DNA of 64,000 bases from Octopus sinensis (Eukaryota), in NCBI RefSeq assembly GCF_006345805.1, contig NC_043008.1:26412001-26476000 (forward strand). The letters are read 5' to 3'. The notes under the pieces were generated by a model, which worked only from the letters and a program-made list of their open reading frames with translations, was not told the DNA's origin and did not search any database. Made by a program: the position numbers and the translations under genes. Position 1 is the first letter of the stretch; every line of letters starts with the position of its first letter. Below are positions 37,231-50,289 of the stretch, in pieces.

Positions 37231-38759
37231 GATCACTAGTTTGGTTTAACAGAGACTTCATTTGTAAGTGATTTCAAATAGAAATGCTGAAATATTTTGC
37301 CCCTAAAATGAGGAGAAACAAATTGAATGCTCTAAATACAACAATTATGATTCACAATTTTCCCGTCTCTCAAAAATCATGTATAATATAATGATGTTGA
37401 AAAGTAAGTTATCTGAAGTCTACTTACCCAAAATTTAGTTAACTGTTTTCATTTGCTTAATCTTTTAACATTTACCCTAAAGTAACAGTTTTGTATATCT
37501 CTTGAATGAATTATATTTGATTTGCCCCTCTATTTAACTTAAAAACTTGATTGCAATTTCATAAGACTAATGTTCAGGTTAGTTCTTTACTTCTGATTTA
37601 CCTTTGTCATCAACTGTGAATAATTATCCATGTGCTGTACAACCTTATATCAAAATACATCATTTTAAGTCTACCTTCATTGAATGTAGATGTCATTATA
37701 TAGCACTAAGTTTACTGACACTCTAGCAATGTAAAATGTCTTCTTTTTTATTTTTAAAAAAAAAGCAAGCATCACATGTAACAGGATATAATTTTAAGAT
37801 TTGTAGCCCTGAAATTTCTTCTGACCTGTACCATATGTATTTTTCAGGCTTATTGTAGCATATTCTTAAATTCGTGTCCCTAATTTTTTGCTATACTTCA
37901 TATTTCAAGATTTGTTAACTTACCACTGTTCTATATTGATTAGCAATGAGCATAACTAAAATAACTGGAAGATGAGTTTTGTAATTTATTGATTCAAATA
38001 AAATTTGAAAATTATAAATGAAATTTTAGAATTAATCTGTCTATCAATCAGTGACAAAAGGAATAAAGATGCTATTAAAGAATATGAATTGAAAATATAA
38101 TAATCACTTTTCAATAGTAGATTTACTAAAGCAGATCTATTAGTGATAACCATAATTCCCCTTTTTCTTTTGAAAATACTACGACCAATATCTGCGAAAG
38201 CATTGTTAGAAAGTCAGAAAAGATGATTAGTAACACTGTGTGTCAGATGATAATCAATTGGGAAAAAAAAAAGAAAAACTTTTTATATTGTCTTAGAATA
38301 AGATAAAATTTAAACAGACAATTATTACAACAACACTATTTCAGGTTTCATGACAGAAATATAATGGAAAAATTCAAGTTAAAAGAAATATTTTTGAAAC
38401 TTAAATTATTGGATATGAACATTTTATAATTATATACAGCATACAGATCACATGGTAACATTTCTGGATTTTTAAATTTTAAATTTGTCATTTTGCATCA
38501 GTTGTTGTTGCTGTGGTTCTTGATGATGATGATGATATCATCATTATCATCATCATCATCATCGTCGTCATCATCGTCATCTTCTCATTTTCCACCTACA
38601 TTTCCTCTTCACCAATATTATCATCATTTCTGTTCAGCAGCCCTTTAAAAAAAAGCCCATTATGAAAGCTAAGTGTGATATTTTTACTGATCCAGTATGA
38701 GAGAACTAAAGTAAATTCCAGTTTGTTTAAAAGTTTATTGCAAATTATTTTGTGTACAG

Positions 38760-38800
38760 AAAGTCATGAACCATGATTCTGAATCATGGTTCATGACTTT
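38760..38800. repeat. Perfect 20+1+20 bp palindrome
   Basis: AAAGTCATGAACCATGATTC-T-GAATCATGGTTCATGACTTT. Confidence 0.95.
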
Positions 38801-39074
38801 TTATATCTGCACACACTTTATTTCATACCACAACAGTTCAATGATAAGATGTTCATGAATACAATAAGTTGACAGTTACATTCACATTGCAGAATCTGGT
38901 GAAGAACTAATTAAAAATTACCAAATGGCATTGATTAAAACACTGATAGCTAACAGGGTCACCACTAAGATTGAAATTAATAATTGGTCAGAATGGTATA
39001 TATAAGAAATGTGTAAATTTAAATTCAGTACTAAGCAGTCACTGTGATCAAGGAAAATTTACACAGAAGTCACT

Positions 39075-39200
39075 GTTTAGTGGGAACAGATGCAATTAAG
39101 TGGCCTCTAGCAAGCTGATGTTGACGAAAAGCACACCCATCAGTGGCTACGAAGATCAGGGTTAAAGGCAGAGAGCAAAGGCTTCATCTTATTAACCTTT
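39075..39200 (+). mobile_element. Small R4/Dong-like LINE fragment
   Basis: THQWLRRSGLKAESKGFIL, homologous to SQQWLRSSGLKAETEGFLI in ORF 43881. Confidence 0.6.
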
Positions 39201-39559
39201 CAACTGCAAAATTAATTTCCATGGTTATTCTAGTAATGATGTTAAGTATCTACCAAAAAATAGAAATGGTATTTTCTGCAAGCCTCAATAAATTTGAAAT
39301 ATCTCAACAAAAGATAGTTTCAAACATGACATTCTTTGACAAAAGATAGATTGGTATATAAAAATACTTTATGCAGTAAAGGTTGATGAAATTTTGAATG
39401 ATTCTGCAGTAAATGAGTAAATGCTATCTGTTGAGAAAATGATGCGTAAATTTCTGGTGTTGAAAAATCAAAATCAAATTAGAACCAGCCAACCGTGTAT
39501 TGAGAGAGGTTGTATACATTGTTAACAATGGATTAGTTATGATCTTTACTCAAAAACGA

Positions 39560-39977
39560 GTCACAGGTATGGTTGTATAGTTAAGAAGCTCACTTGCAAT
39601 CACCTGGTTTTGGTTTCAGTCCCACTGTTTGCCACCTTGGGCTCATGTTTTCTTCAATAGCTTCGGCCAGCCAATGACTTGTGAATTTAGTTGACAGAAA
39701 CTGGGTGGAAGCCTATTATGCGTATACATGTGTGTGTGTGTGTGTGTGTGTGAATGTGTCTTTATGCATGAGTTTATCTTCTCACCTCTGTTTGACAACT
39801 GGTGTTGGTTTGATTATGTCCTTGTAACCTAGTGACTCACGAAAGAGACTGATAGAATAAGTGTCAAACTTAAAACTTGAGTGCTGGGGTCAATTTGTTA
39901 GACTAAACATTTCGAGGCAGTGCTCCAACATGGCCATAGTCCAATGATTAAAGTAAGGAAAAAAATAAAGGATAAGA
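39560..39977 (+). mobile_element. SINE family A
   Basis: Head, (GT)n, 3' domain and tail. Confidence 0.85.
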
Positions 39978-40409
39978 GAGAGATATATATATAATAAGAA
40001 TAAAGGACATACAATGAGGACAAAGTAGGAGATTTTGGGGTCTATGATTAAAGGTATCAACTTCAATAAGATGTGCTCCAATTAATTTTGAAAATAAAAT
40101 CAAAGAGTTTGGAGGATTGACTAAAACCACTAATTCACTTACTTGTTAAGCTGATGTTGGAACATACCTTAAAAGATTCTGACATAAAATAGCAGTGGAA
40201 GCTTTTAATTTAAATGTGGATTATTTAAAGTAAAATGTTTTGTATCAGAGAACCAGCTTGGTTTGTATGAATTAAGTTAAACCGATATTAAATTTGCTTT
40301 GATTGTGGTGCTAGTTGTTGAACATATTTAGATAGGAATTAAGATGATTCTCTCTCTCTCTCACACACACATATTTTGTTTTTCTTTTTTATTTACAAGA
40401 TTTTCAATA

Positions 40410-40601
40410 CTCCCTTTTACTTTCTTTTACTTGTTTCAGTCATTTGACTGTGCCTTTAGTTGAACAAATCGACCCCGGGATTTATTCTTTGGAAGCCTAG
40501 TACTTATTCTATCGGTCTCTTTTGCCGAACTGCTAAGTTACAGGGACATAAACACATCACCATCGGTTGTTAAGCAATGTTGGGGAGACAACCACAGACA
40601 C

Positions 40602-40632
<31 letters not shown>

Positions 40633-40828
40633 GGCATATATACGATGGCCTTCTTTCAGTTTCCATCTACCAAATCCACTCACAAGGCTTTGGTCGGCCT
40701 GAGGCTATAGTAGAAGATATTTTCCCGAGGTGCCATGCAGTAGGAATGAACCTGGAACCAATGTAGCCGGTAAGCAAGCTATTTACCACACAGCCACTCC
40801 TGCACCTATACTTACCACACAGCCACTC
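40410..40828 (-). mobile_element. SINE family A with duplicated 5' head segment
   Basis: Full organisation on the minus strand; TTACCACACAGCCACTC occurs at 40783-40799 and 40812-40828. Confidence 0.88.
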
Positions 40829-40984
40829 GTGTTGAAACAGATTTTGTATCTCAAGAGGATCACCATGCCAATGATACACACATGCAGAGAGACCTGAAGA
40901 CATGTCATTGATGAGGCCATGAATGGAAACAAAAGGATTTTTGACAAATCTAGGTGATTAATCGATTGACTGAATGCTATTAAT

Positions 40985-41190
40985 CCTTTCTACTATAGGC
41001 ACAGGGTGTGAAATTTGCGAGAGAGGATATTTGATTACATTGACCCCAGTGATCTACTGGCATTTATTCTATTGACTCTGAAATGATGAAAAGCAAAGTC
41101 AACCTCAACAGAATTTGAACTCAAAACACGAAGACAGTCGAAATATCGCATTTTGCCTGGTGTACTAATGATTCTGCCAGTTTGCTACCT
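40985..41190 (-). mobile_element. SINE family B
   Basis: Reverse complement of GAGTTCAAATTCTGTTGAGGTTGACTTTGCTTTTCATC...GAGTCAATAG...CTGGGGTCAATGTAATC. Confidence 0.75.
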
Positions 41191-41207
41191 TCATGAATAA
41201 TAATATA

Positions 41208-41229
41208 TTAATAATAATAATAATAATAA

Positions 41230-41260
<31 letters not shown>

Positions 41261-41270
41261 AAGAAGAAAG
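41208..41270. repeat. (TAA)n followed by (GAA)n at the 5' flank of the R4/Dong-like element
   Basis: Directly visible. Confidence 0.95.
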
Positions 41271-44200
41271 TAATAAAAAGAAAAATAACATAAATAAAGA
41301 CCTGGATACAACAATGAACCTTAATAAACTAGCAAATATACGGAGATATATACTCAATGCAAAAAAAAATATCAGAAGTAGAAATAGAACATTTAAAAGA
41401 AAAAATACATCTGGAAAATGTAGATAGAAGCCACGCAACGATGCCCAATAATATAAACACTGAAACAGTAAAACACGAAGACAAACGGAACATTTCCAAC
41501 AAAAACGATGTAAACAAAAAACAACAAACCCAGACCGTAAGGATACATAATAATACACGACAAACAAACATACGAATGAGATAGAAAGCGACACAAATCT
41601 AAAACCTGGAAACAACGAAGGGGAGCCTAATGATTATGAAACTATTAAAAGTAGAATAATCAAAGAACTGAAAACCACAGAGCTCAAAATGGACCACCGA
41701 CCATACCTCCCAAAAATCAAAATAGACAAAACAACAACATCTATTATAAACAACATAAACCTAGTCGTCACGGAACTAATAGCCACTGAAAGAAAAAGCG
41801 ATATCACTGAGCTAAATGACTTAGTATATGCAGCAGCCACTGCAGCCACAAAAGAAGCTGGATACTCACTCAAACCCATCCTAACAGGAGTACCACCACC
41901 CAAACAAACCCTGTGGATAAATAACATCCAAAACAAAATACAAAAGATGAGAAAAGATCTGTCAATTCTTAATGAAATCAGTAGACAATCAATGCTACTG
42001 AGCAACAAAAAGAAAACAAAAATACTCTGCAAATACAACACCACAGAAAAAGATTTACCTGAGATAAAAGAAAAGCTAAAGCAAGATATCCTTGCCAAAG
42101 CACAAAGGATCCGCCGGTACGAGAAACGTCAACGTTTCTTTGAACAAAACAAAGAGTTCAACTCCAACTCCAAAAAGTTCTACCAAGAACTTGGCAAAAA
42201 TGAAATAGAAATCACTGCAGCTCCAACGGCAGAAGAAGTGGAAGAATTCTGGAGAGAAATATGGTCGGCGAACGAACAACCAAAAAAATGGAGTATTAAA
42301 ACAACAAACTCAGCATCTGAGCAACTTTGGACCCCCATAACAACTGAAGAGGTCACCCAGGCACTGCAAAGACTAATCAACTGGAAGGCACCTGGGCATG
42401 ACAAGATCCCCAACTTCTGGTTGAAATATCTAACAGGAATGCACAAAAAGCTGGCTGAAAATTTTAACAACATACTGGCAGAGCCAGAGACAATGCCTGA
42501 ATGGCTCACGAAGGGAAAAACCATCTTAATTCCCAAATCAAATGAGACAGCAAAACCAGAAAACTACAGACCTATAACCTGTCTCCCTACAATGTACAAA
42601 GCATTTACTGCATTAATATCGCAAAGATTGAACAAGCACCTGGACAAAAACAACCTGTTTCCAGAAGAGCAGAAAGGATGCCGCAAAGGCTCATATGGCT
42701 GTAAAGATCAACTAATGATCAATAAAGCCATAACTGAAGACAGCCACAGAAAGAAGAAAAGCCTCAGTATGGCCTGGATCGACTACAAAAAGGCGTTTGA
42801 TAGCATCCCCCACACATGGATTCTCGAAACACTAGCCATGAACAAAGTTGCACCAACAATTATAAAGTATATAGGACACTCTATGAATTTTTGGCAAACA
42901 GTGCTACAGCTCCAAACATAAGAGGGACTTGTGAAAACCAAAGCCATCCCCATTTGAAGAGGAATATTCCAGGGAGATACGCTCTCTCCACTCCTTTTCT
43001 GCTTGGCACTGTCACCTCTATCGGATATGCTAAACAGAACTGGATGTGGATATAAATGTTACGGCAAAAAGATCAGCCACCTTTTATATATGGATGACCT
43101 AAAACTATACGCTACAAATGACCAACAGCTGGAAACACTACTAAAGACAGTTCATGGATTTACCAAAGAAATAGATATGAAATTTGGATAAGAGAAATGC
43201 ACCAAAGTAACCCTGAAAAGAGGAAAACTAGTTAAGAGTTGCAACATCACACTAGATAAAACCAATGAAATAAAAGAATTAGACCAAAGCCAAACTTACA
43301 AATACTTGGGAATCCATGAACTAGATAAGACACAACTCACACAAATGAAAGAGAAAATAAAAAAAGAATATTATAGACGAGTTAGATCAATACTGAAAAC
43401 AGAGCTCAATGCTAAAAACAAGATAATAGGTATCAACACTTTAGCCGTCCCAGTTATAAGTTACAGCTACAATATCCTTAACTGGACACTAAATGAACTG
43501 ACCAAAATAGATAGGAAAACAAGAAAAATAATGACAGGATCTAGGATGCATCACACAAAATCTGACATAGAAAGGCTATATATACAACGTATAGATGGTG
43601 GTAGAGGCCTTATACAGCTGGAAAACTACTATAATATAACCACCACAGGACTGCAAAAATATCTACTTCAGAAGGAAGGAAAACTGATACAAATAGCGGC
43701 AAAACACGAGCAAAACAAAAAACTGTTCTCAGTATTTAAGGAAGCTGACAAATACAAACAAGAAATCATACCACCTAACAAATACGAAGAAGAAGAAGAA
43801 GAAGAAGAAGAAGAAGAAGAAGAAGAAGAAGAAGAAGAAGAAGAAGAAGAAGAAGAAGAAACAACAAAACTATAAAACAAATGAAATCCAAACTAAAAAT
43901 AGAACAGCAACGAACCATGGTAAAACGATGGAAAGAAAAGCCCTTTCATGGCAAATACTGGACTAAACTAAATGCAAAAGAAATAGACAAAGAAAAATCC
44001 CAACAATGGTTGAGAAGCTCAGGACTCAAAGCAGAGACAGAAGGATTTTTAATTGCAGCACAAGACCAAAGCCTCCCCACCAGAAATTACCAAAAACATG
44101 TAATGAAAAGAAATATAACAAGTAACTGCAGAACATGTGGAGATGGACAAGAAACAATAAATCATATTATCTCTGGCTGCCCAGTCCTGGCTAAGAAGGA

Positions 44201-44790
44201 ATATATTCACAGACATGACAGAGTTGGAACCTATATACACTGGAAGCTATGCCAATATTATGGAATAGCAACAGAAAAAAGATGGTATAGGCACACACCA
44301 GAAAAGGTCACAGAAAACGAGAAAGTAATCATACTTTGGGATATGCCAATACACACAGATAGAGAAATAAAGGCCAACAGACCAGATATAGTTGTCAGAG
44401 ATCATGAAGAAAAATTTTTTTTCTAATTGATGTATCAATTCCAGCGGATGACAACGTGTCTCTAAAAGAAATGGAGAAACTTTCAAAATACAAAGACCTG
44501 AAAATAGAGGTAACCAGAATGTGGAATCTAAAAACAGAAACAATTCCTATCACAATTCCTTCTGATTAGGCATGATAAAAAAATATTCAGACAAATACAT
44601 AACAAAAACACCAGGACTTACAAACACATATAACATACAGAAAATTGCACTACTAGGCCCTGACACATCCTACACAGAACACTTTCCATACAATAACCAT
44701 CAGAGCATCACAACAAATCACAGCACATACCCAAGGCACACAGAGCTGCACTCGGTAGTGAAGTGAAAGCACGATATAAAAAATATACTA

Positions 44791-44793
<3 letters not shown>
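41271..44793 (+). mobile_element. R4/Dong-like non-LTR retrotransposon (RT, CCHC knuckle, restriction-like endonuclease), near full length
   Basis: NWKAPGHDKIPNFWLK, YRPITCL, QKGCRKGS.GCKDQL, WIDYKKAFDS, GIFQGDTLSPLLF, YMDDLKL, YKYLG, CRTC...HIISGC, RPDIVV...LIDVSIP...KE.EK.SKY; (TAA)n at both flanks. Confidence 0.93.
41689..44640 (+). pseudogene. Disrupted single ORF of the R4/Dong-like element
   Basis: One frame from 41689 to 43875 with in-frame stops at 42919, 42955 and 43189; (GAA)25 at 43786-43860; frameshifts near 43875 and ~44420. Confidence 0.88.
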
Positions 44794-44840
<47 letters not shown>

Positions 44841-44850
44841 TAATAATAAT
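44794..44850. repeat. (AAT)n tail or target
   Basis: Directly visible. Confidence 0.95.
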
Positions 44851-44869
44851 AAAAGTTACTAGTCCCATG

Positions 44870-45110
44870 TGAAAAGCACCCAGTCTACTCTGTAAAGTGG
44901 TTGGCATTAAGTAAAGCATCCAGCTGTAAATACCATGCCAAAAGATACAGTGAAACACAGTGCTGTCCTCTGGCTTGCCAGCACTTGTCAAGTCCATCCA
45001 ACTCATGTCAGCATGGAAGACACACATTAAATGATGATGATGATGATGATGATAATGAGGAGGAGGCAGAGGAGGAGGAGGAGGAGGAGGAGTTGGAGGT
45101 GGTGGAGGAC
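44870..45110 (+). mobile_element. RTE 3' UTR-type short element with (GAT)n/(GAG)n tail
   Basis: AAAAGCACCCAGTCTACTCTGTAAAGTGGTTGGCATT...CAGCATGGAAG...TTAAATGATGATGAT. Confidence 0.75.
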
Positions 45111-46129
45111 AATGAAAAAGTAAAGAATTTGCTTGTATTGAGGCTAGGAGGGCATTTATGGATATTAGAATACAAATGCTGTTAAGAAACGATGCATTTT
45201 ACAGTTTGTATTTTAGTATTTTTTATGTAGGCATGAATGTGTGGTTTAGCAGTTTGCTTGGCTGCCATGTTATTCAAGGTTTTGGCATCGTAAGTAGTAT
45301 CTTTCTACCATACCATTGATTTGCAACTTGATGAATATCAATGTTTCAATGTGTGTGTGGAATGTTTACAATGGCATAGGCAAGAACTGGTACATTTGAA
45401 CAGAAGTATTCAGCAGTATTTCCATCTAACTGAGTTATCAAAACTTTCACTAATATCCACTTAATATTTCATATATCATGAGAACAATGAAATAATTGCC
45501 AGACAAAATACTGGGGCCAATATAAGCAACTAAAAATCCTTGAAAGCATTGCCCCAGCATGAAAACATTAAGCATAAATGAAAGCATTAAAAGTTAAAAA
45601 GATGAAAACGAATCTAACTAATAAATCTATATTTGATACTTATTCAACTTCTTTGTCCAATGTGATAAAGGAAGCCACCACAGTGATTTGTTAAAGTTGC
45701 GACACATCATAGCATTGCTATTCCCAATATTTCTTTTCATAGTATGTTATTGTGTGATGGTTGTTGTGTTTTTATGATGCTCAAATAAATTAAACAATTT
45801 GTTCCAATCCAGTGCACTTATGATTCAAGTTAACAAAGAAGTATCTATATGGTCATCTGACAGTCTAGAAATAGAAACTAAATCTCTCTTGGATTATACA
45901 CAACACTCTTAAAAATATAAAATACTGGGAAATGTTGTTTTAGAAACTCACTGAATGGAAAACATTAAATAAAATGGATGAGGATTGTCATGGCTGAAAC
46001 AGCATTCACTGGATAAGGGGTGACTAGGGAGTCAACATGAATAACAAAAATTTGCGATTATTTCCGAAGTGATTTAGATATATATTTCAATGTGATTATG
46101 TGATAATAATGATTTCAAATTTTAGCTCA

Positions 46130-46325
46130 AAGCCAACAGTTTCAGGGAAGGGAGTAAGTTAATTATATTGACGTCAGTACTCTGCTGATACTTATGTTAT
46201 TGACCCCAAAAGATGAAAGGCAAAGTCAACCTCAGTGGAATTTGAACTCAAAATGTAAAAAAGGACAAAATGCCACTAAGCATTACACTTGGTATGCTAC
46301 CAATTCTACCAACTTGTTGCCTTCA
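46130..46325 (-). mobile_element. SINE family B
   Basis: GATGAAAGGCAAAGTCAACCTCAGTGGAATTTGAACTC on the plus strand is the reverse complement of the family core. Confidence 0.75.
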
Positions 46326-46679
46326 ACATGTTGTTTATAACATTACCATAACGTATTGGCAGTAGTCTTAATCTGTCATCCAATTAACACAACTATATGG
46401 TGTTAGGGTGCTTTTAGAAGAGTCCATTGTGTTGTGAAAATTTGAAGCAGGTCTTCAAATTAAAAATAACTCATAAGTCGAGTGGTTTGCTTCACTTTTC
46501 CCTATCACCTTTCCCTTAGATTCCAACAAGAGTTTATAGATACTGCCATTCCTTTGCTGACTAATCCATAAATAGACTGACTTTTTTTCAATTTGAAACT
46601 GAAGCATTATATTCTGATAAAAACATTATATTAATTTGCATGCAGATTATGGAAGATTGATAATTATGTGTTACCCATG

Positions 46680-47100
46680 TGCAAGAATGTAAAAGACCAG
46701 TGGTGACAAAAGAGAAGTGAATGAAATATGAACTGACAGAGATGTAATATTACATAAAATATAAGTTGAAGTGCAAATAAGAGAGAGAGAGGGGGAGAGA
46801 GAGAGAATGAGTGGGTAGTAGATGCATCAGTTAATATATGCAGGAAAGAAGACTGTGTTGCTATGGACATGTGATGTAAATAGACAATAAATGCTGGATG
46901 AAAAAGTGATGTGTGGTGTCAGCAGAGGATATTCATAGCAAATGAAGATGTGATAAATAATGGAGAGGTCAGAACTATAGATAATAAGTCTCGCAAGCAA
47001 GATGATACTAGATTCAGAAAAGTATTTGCATGTCACACTACAGACCCAACTTATGACAGTATAGGAAAACATATGGTAAAATGGTGATGATGATGATGTT
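46680..47100 (+). mobile_element. Decayed RTE C-terminal fragment
   Basis: GAAAGAAGACTGTGTTGCTATGGACATGTG (RRLRWYGHV-like), similar to 62595-62630. Confidence 0.45.
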
Positions 47101-48374
47101 ATGTAGACAGATAAATGTAAAATGGGCTGCAGACCATTATGTTTTTTGGACTCCATAAATATCCAAATAAAATTATTACAATAAGGATGTAAAATAAATA
47201 GTCTTTTAGTATGTAGTATATTGTAAATCCCTCTCTCCCTCTATAGCATGTTTTTATTTGAAAATTGTTATGCTCAAATAAAAGCAGCCAAGTGTAGGAG
47301 AAAGAGGAAGTCGACAGAGAAGTAGAATGAAAGAAAGAAACAAATGGAGAAAGAGATTTTCATAAAATAATATTTATATTACATCCTATATGCTTTATAG
47401 TCAACATTTATTTAATAAATATATCAGACTACCACAGAAGTCCAAGAAATCAGGCAGCAGTAGTAGGAACAACAATGCATGTCAGATAACACATTGCATT
47501 AGAAGAGAGAGTAGAGCAACAAACAGAATAAGAAGACTACAACAAATTATAATATAGTAGATCTGTTTAAAGCATGTCAGGCATTGCAAAAACTATAATG
47601 GATATGCTCAGCATGAAATTCAAATTGCAAGACTGGTGCTAACATACAGAATTGATCAGCAAGCTAATAATTGCTTCTCCTTACTATTAGCTGAATATTA
47701 ATTAATTAACATTTCTTGGCTTGCAACAATACATTTCAAGTTATTAAACCACATAATAATAAAAGAAAATCTCTCACCTCATCCTTATCTGGCTGTACTG
47801 GTAAAGACTGTGGTTTGCTCAAGAGATCTACTGAGACCAAATCATGTTCAGAGTTCTCCCTATACTGCTAATATTAGACTTACACTCCACTGTATTGCCT
47901 AAATTTGGTTTCTAATTAATTTCAATTCATCAGAATTTTTCATCTCACCTCAATATGAATATGTATACTGATTTAGCTAATCATCAAAATATGTTGAGTT
48001 TGTTTGAGAATGAACAAAAGAAATACATTATTAGACTAGGTAGTTCCCTTACTCTTTCTCTCTCTTACACACACATAAACCAAGTTCACAGTTGGTCCCC
48101 TTGCCACTCAGACCCCAGTTTACCCCTCACCATTGTTCCTCATGCAACTCACACCACTACCAAACTATTTCTACTGCTGGTCATTTCAGTATGAGGTGGT
48201 CATCTAATTGAGTCACATTTGCTCTTTTCTCTCTCCCTTGTTTCTTTCCTTGTCTATTCTTTCTATAAAAATGCATAAGCACCTAAAATAAAAGACTTCT
48301 CCTATTTTCCTAAGTATTAACCTAATACACACTGTTTGTTTACCACATTAAATATATATATATATATATATATA

Positions 48375-48600
48375 TATGGGGAGAGAATTCACAGAAAAAA
48401 AACAAAAGACGAAGACAGATGGCTTAGACAACAAACAGATGTATTAGTTTAACACTCAGGAAGTGAAAGAAAGCGTCTTTAACGTTTTGAGACTACGCTC
48501 TTCCACAGAAAGGAACACAAAAAGAAACAGGGAGAAAAATAAAGAGTGTGTAGTGGCTAGTGAACTATCATGGCAAATGCTGGACAGAGGGGTCACACAG
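48375..48600 (-). repeat. Repeat resembling a PLE terminal repeat, containing an HHR relic, ending in (AT)n
   Basis: Shares sequence with 35905-35990; HHR relic at 48477-48512. Confidence 0.6.
48477..48512 (-). ncRNA. Degenerate minimal type I hammerhead ribozyme
   Basis: Minus strand: CTTT-CTGTGGA-A-GAG/CTC-AAAA-CG-T-T-AAAG; A6>T and G12>A; palindromic ACGT stem III; 4 bp stem I. Confidence 0.45.
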
Positions 48601-48779
48601 GAGAGCTAGGAAGAAGGGGAGGTAATAAAGTAGTGGTGATCCCAAAACAAAGGTGCACGTGCGTGTGTATAAGAGAGCATGTATATATGTGTGGAAGAGG
48701 GCTGGTGACCTTGACATGTGCATGTATGCATGTGTAGGTATGTGGATGATGGTGGGGGTGCTGAGAAGTGGTCAGTGCT

Positions 48780-49140
48780 AGTGTGTGCATGGTGGTGTAA
48801 TGTGATGTGGTGTTGTGTGGTAGTGTGGTAGTGTGGTGTGGTGGTGTGTGGTGTGGTGGTATGTGGTGTGGTTGTATGTGGTGTGGTCTGGTGGTGTTGG
48901 GATGTGGGGAAGGCGAGAGTGGGGAAAGCAAGGGTGGGGTGTGGGTAGAGGAGGGGTATGTGGGAGTGGGTGTAAGGGATGGGGGTGAATGTGAGATGGG
49001 ATGGATAGGGAAGGTGGGGTTCGATTGTGTAGGGGTTGGGGTTACGAGGGAGGGGTGACGATGAGGGGGAAGGGAGAAAGTGGGTAGGAGTGAAGAGAAG
49101 AAGTAGGAGCCAAAGCAAGAGAGGAGAGGTGGGTGGTAGG
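48780..49140. repeat. (GTGGT)n repeat followed by a G-run-rich tract
   Basis: Directly visible; many GGG-GGGGG runs at 48905-49080. Confidence 0.85.
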
Positions 49141-49184
49141 AAGTAGGTGTGAGAGGAAGAGAACAAATTGATCCTAAGACTTAG

Positions 49185-49314
49185 GCTTTGTAAGCCTCAT
49201 ACTTATTCTATCAGTTTCTTTGCCGAACCACTTTGTTATGGGAATGTAAACACACCAACATTGGTTGTCACGTGATGGTAGGGGGACAAACACAGACATA
49301 AACATATACATATT

Positions 49315-49394
<80 letters not shown>

Positions 49395-49497
49395 TACCAA
49401 ACCCACTCACAAGGTTGGCTCGAATCTATAGTAGAAGCACTTGCCCAAGGTGCCACACAGTGGGACTGAAGTCAGAACCATGTGATTGGGAAGCAGT
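49185..49497 (-). mobile_element. SINE family A (truncated)
   Basis: Reverse-strand head, microsatellite and part of the 3' domain. Confidence 0.85.
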
Positions 49498-49899
49498 GCA
49501 TATGTGTGTGTGCAGGTAAAAATTTAGTGTATCTAAAACAACATGAAATTAAAATCACTGTTTGTGTTTCCTACTAAATGTATATACACTATGAGAAGGC
49601 ATGAATCTGTGGAATTGTCTGAGATAAAATGTCTTGAGAGATTTGGTGTGCCAAAAATACAGTATATATCAGAGTGAGATGAAGATTGTCACCATCGTGA
49701 CTCATGAGAATGACAGACATATTTAAGCTTTCTGTAGGTTTGGTAGTGTCATGTACTCATTTAAAGTGTATATACATGATTCCCAAAAGTTGATATGTAT
49801 GCGCACATGTATGCATATCTAAGTACCTACCTATTTATCTCTCTCTCTCTCTACACACATGCAGACACACACACACATATACACATAGAGCATAGCATA

Positions 49900-49990
49900 G
49901 AGTTTTTTGTAGTAGTCGAATTGAATTTGAGTTCAAATCGCACCACAATCAAATTTTGCCATCCAGTCATTTTATTTGTTGGAGGAGATT
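49900..49990 (+). mobile_element. SINE family B fragment
   Basis: TTTGAGTTCAAATCGCACCACAATCAAATTTTGCCATCC. Confidence 0.4.
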
Positions 49991-50289
49991 GTCAATAGAT
50001 ATAACATTCATCCACAGAAGCAGATTAGAGTATTTGTTAGAGCATCAGAGGTGATACATTACAGTATCTATTCGGGTTCGTTGCATCTTGATTTCAAATT
50101 GTCCTTCTTACTGCATTCTGGTGAGATTACAGTAAAATCCGATGTAAAAAATACAAGCAAAAAAAGAAAGAAAAAGAAAAGAAATTGCCTATAAAACTTC
50201 AAGAAACTTACAATATTAATGTTGCATGATTTATAAATGATGTATGCATCAGGTGGGAATGGCATAATTTTACATTCTATACAGACATA

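Noticed and set aside
41208-42536. Minus-strand ORFs 41208-41615, 41634-42098 and 42180-42536
   Set aside because: Antisense shadows of the A-rich R4/Dong ORF.
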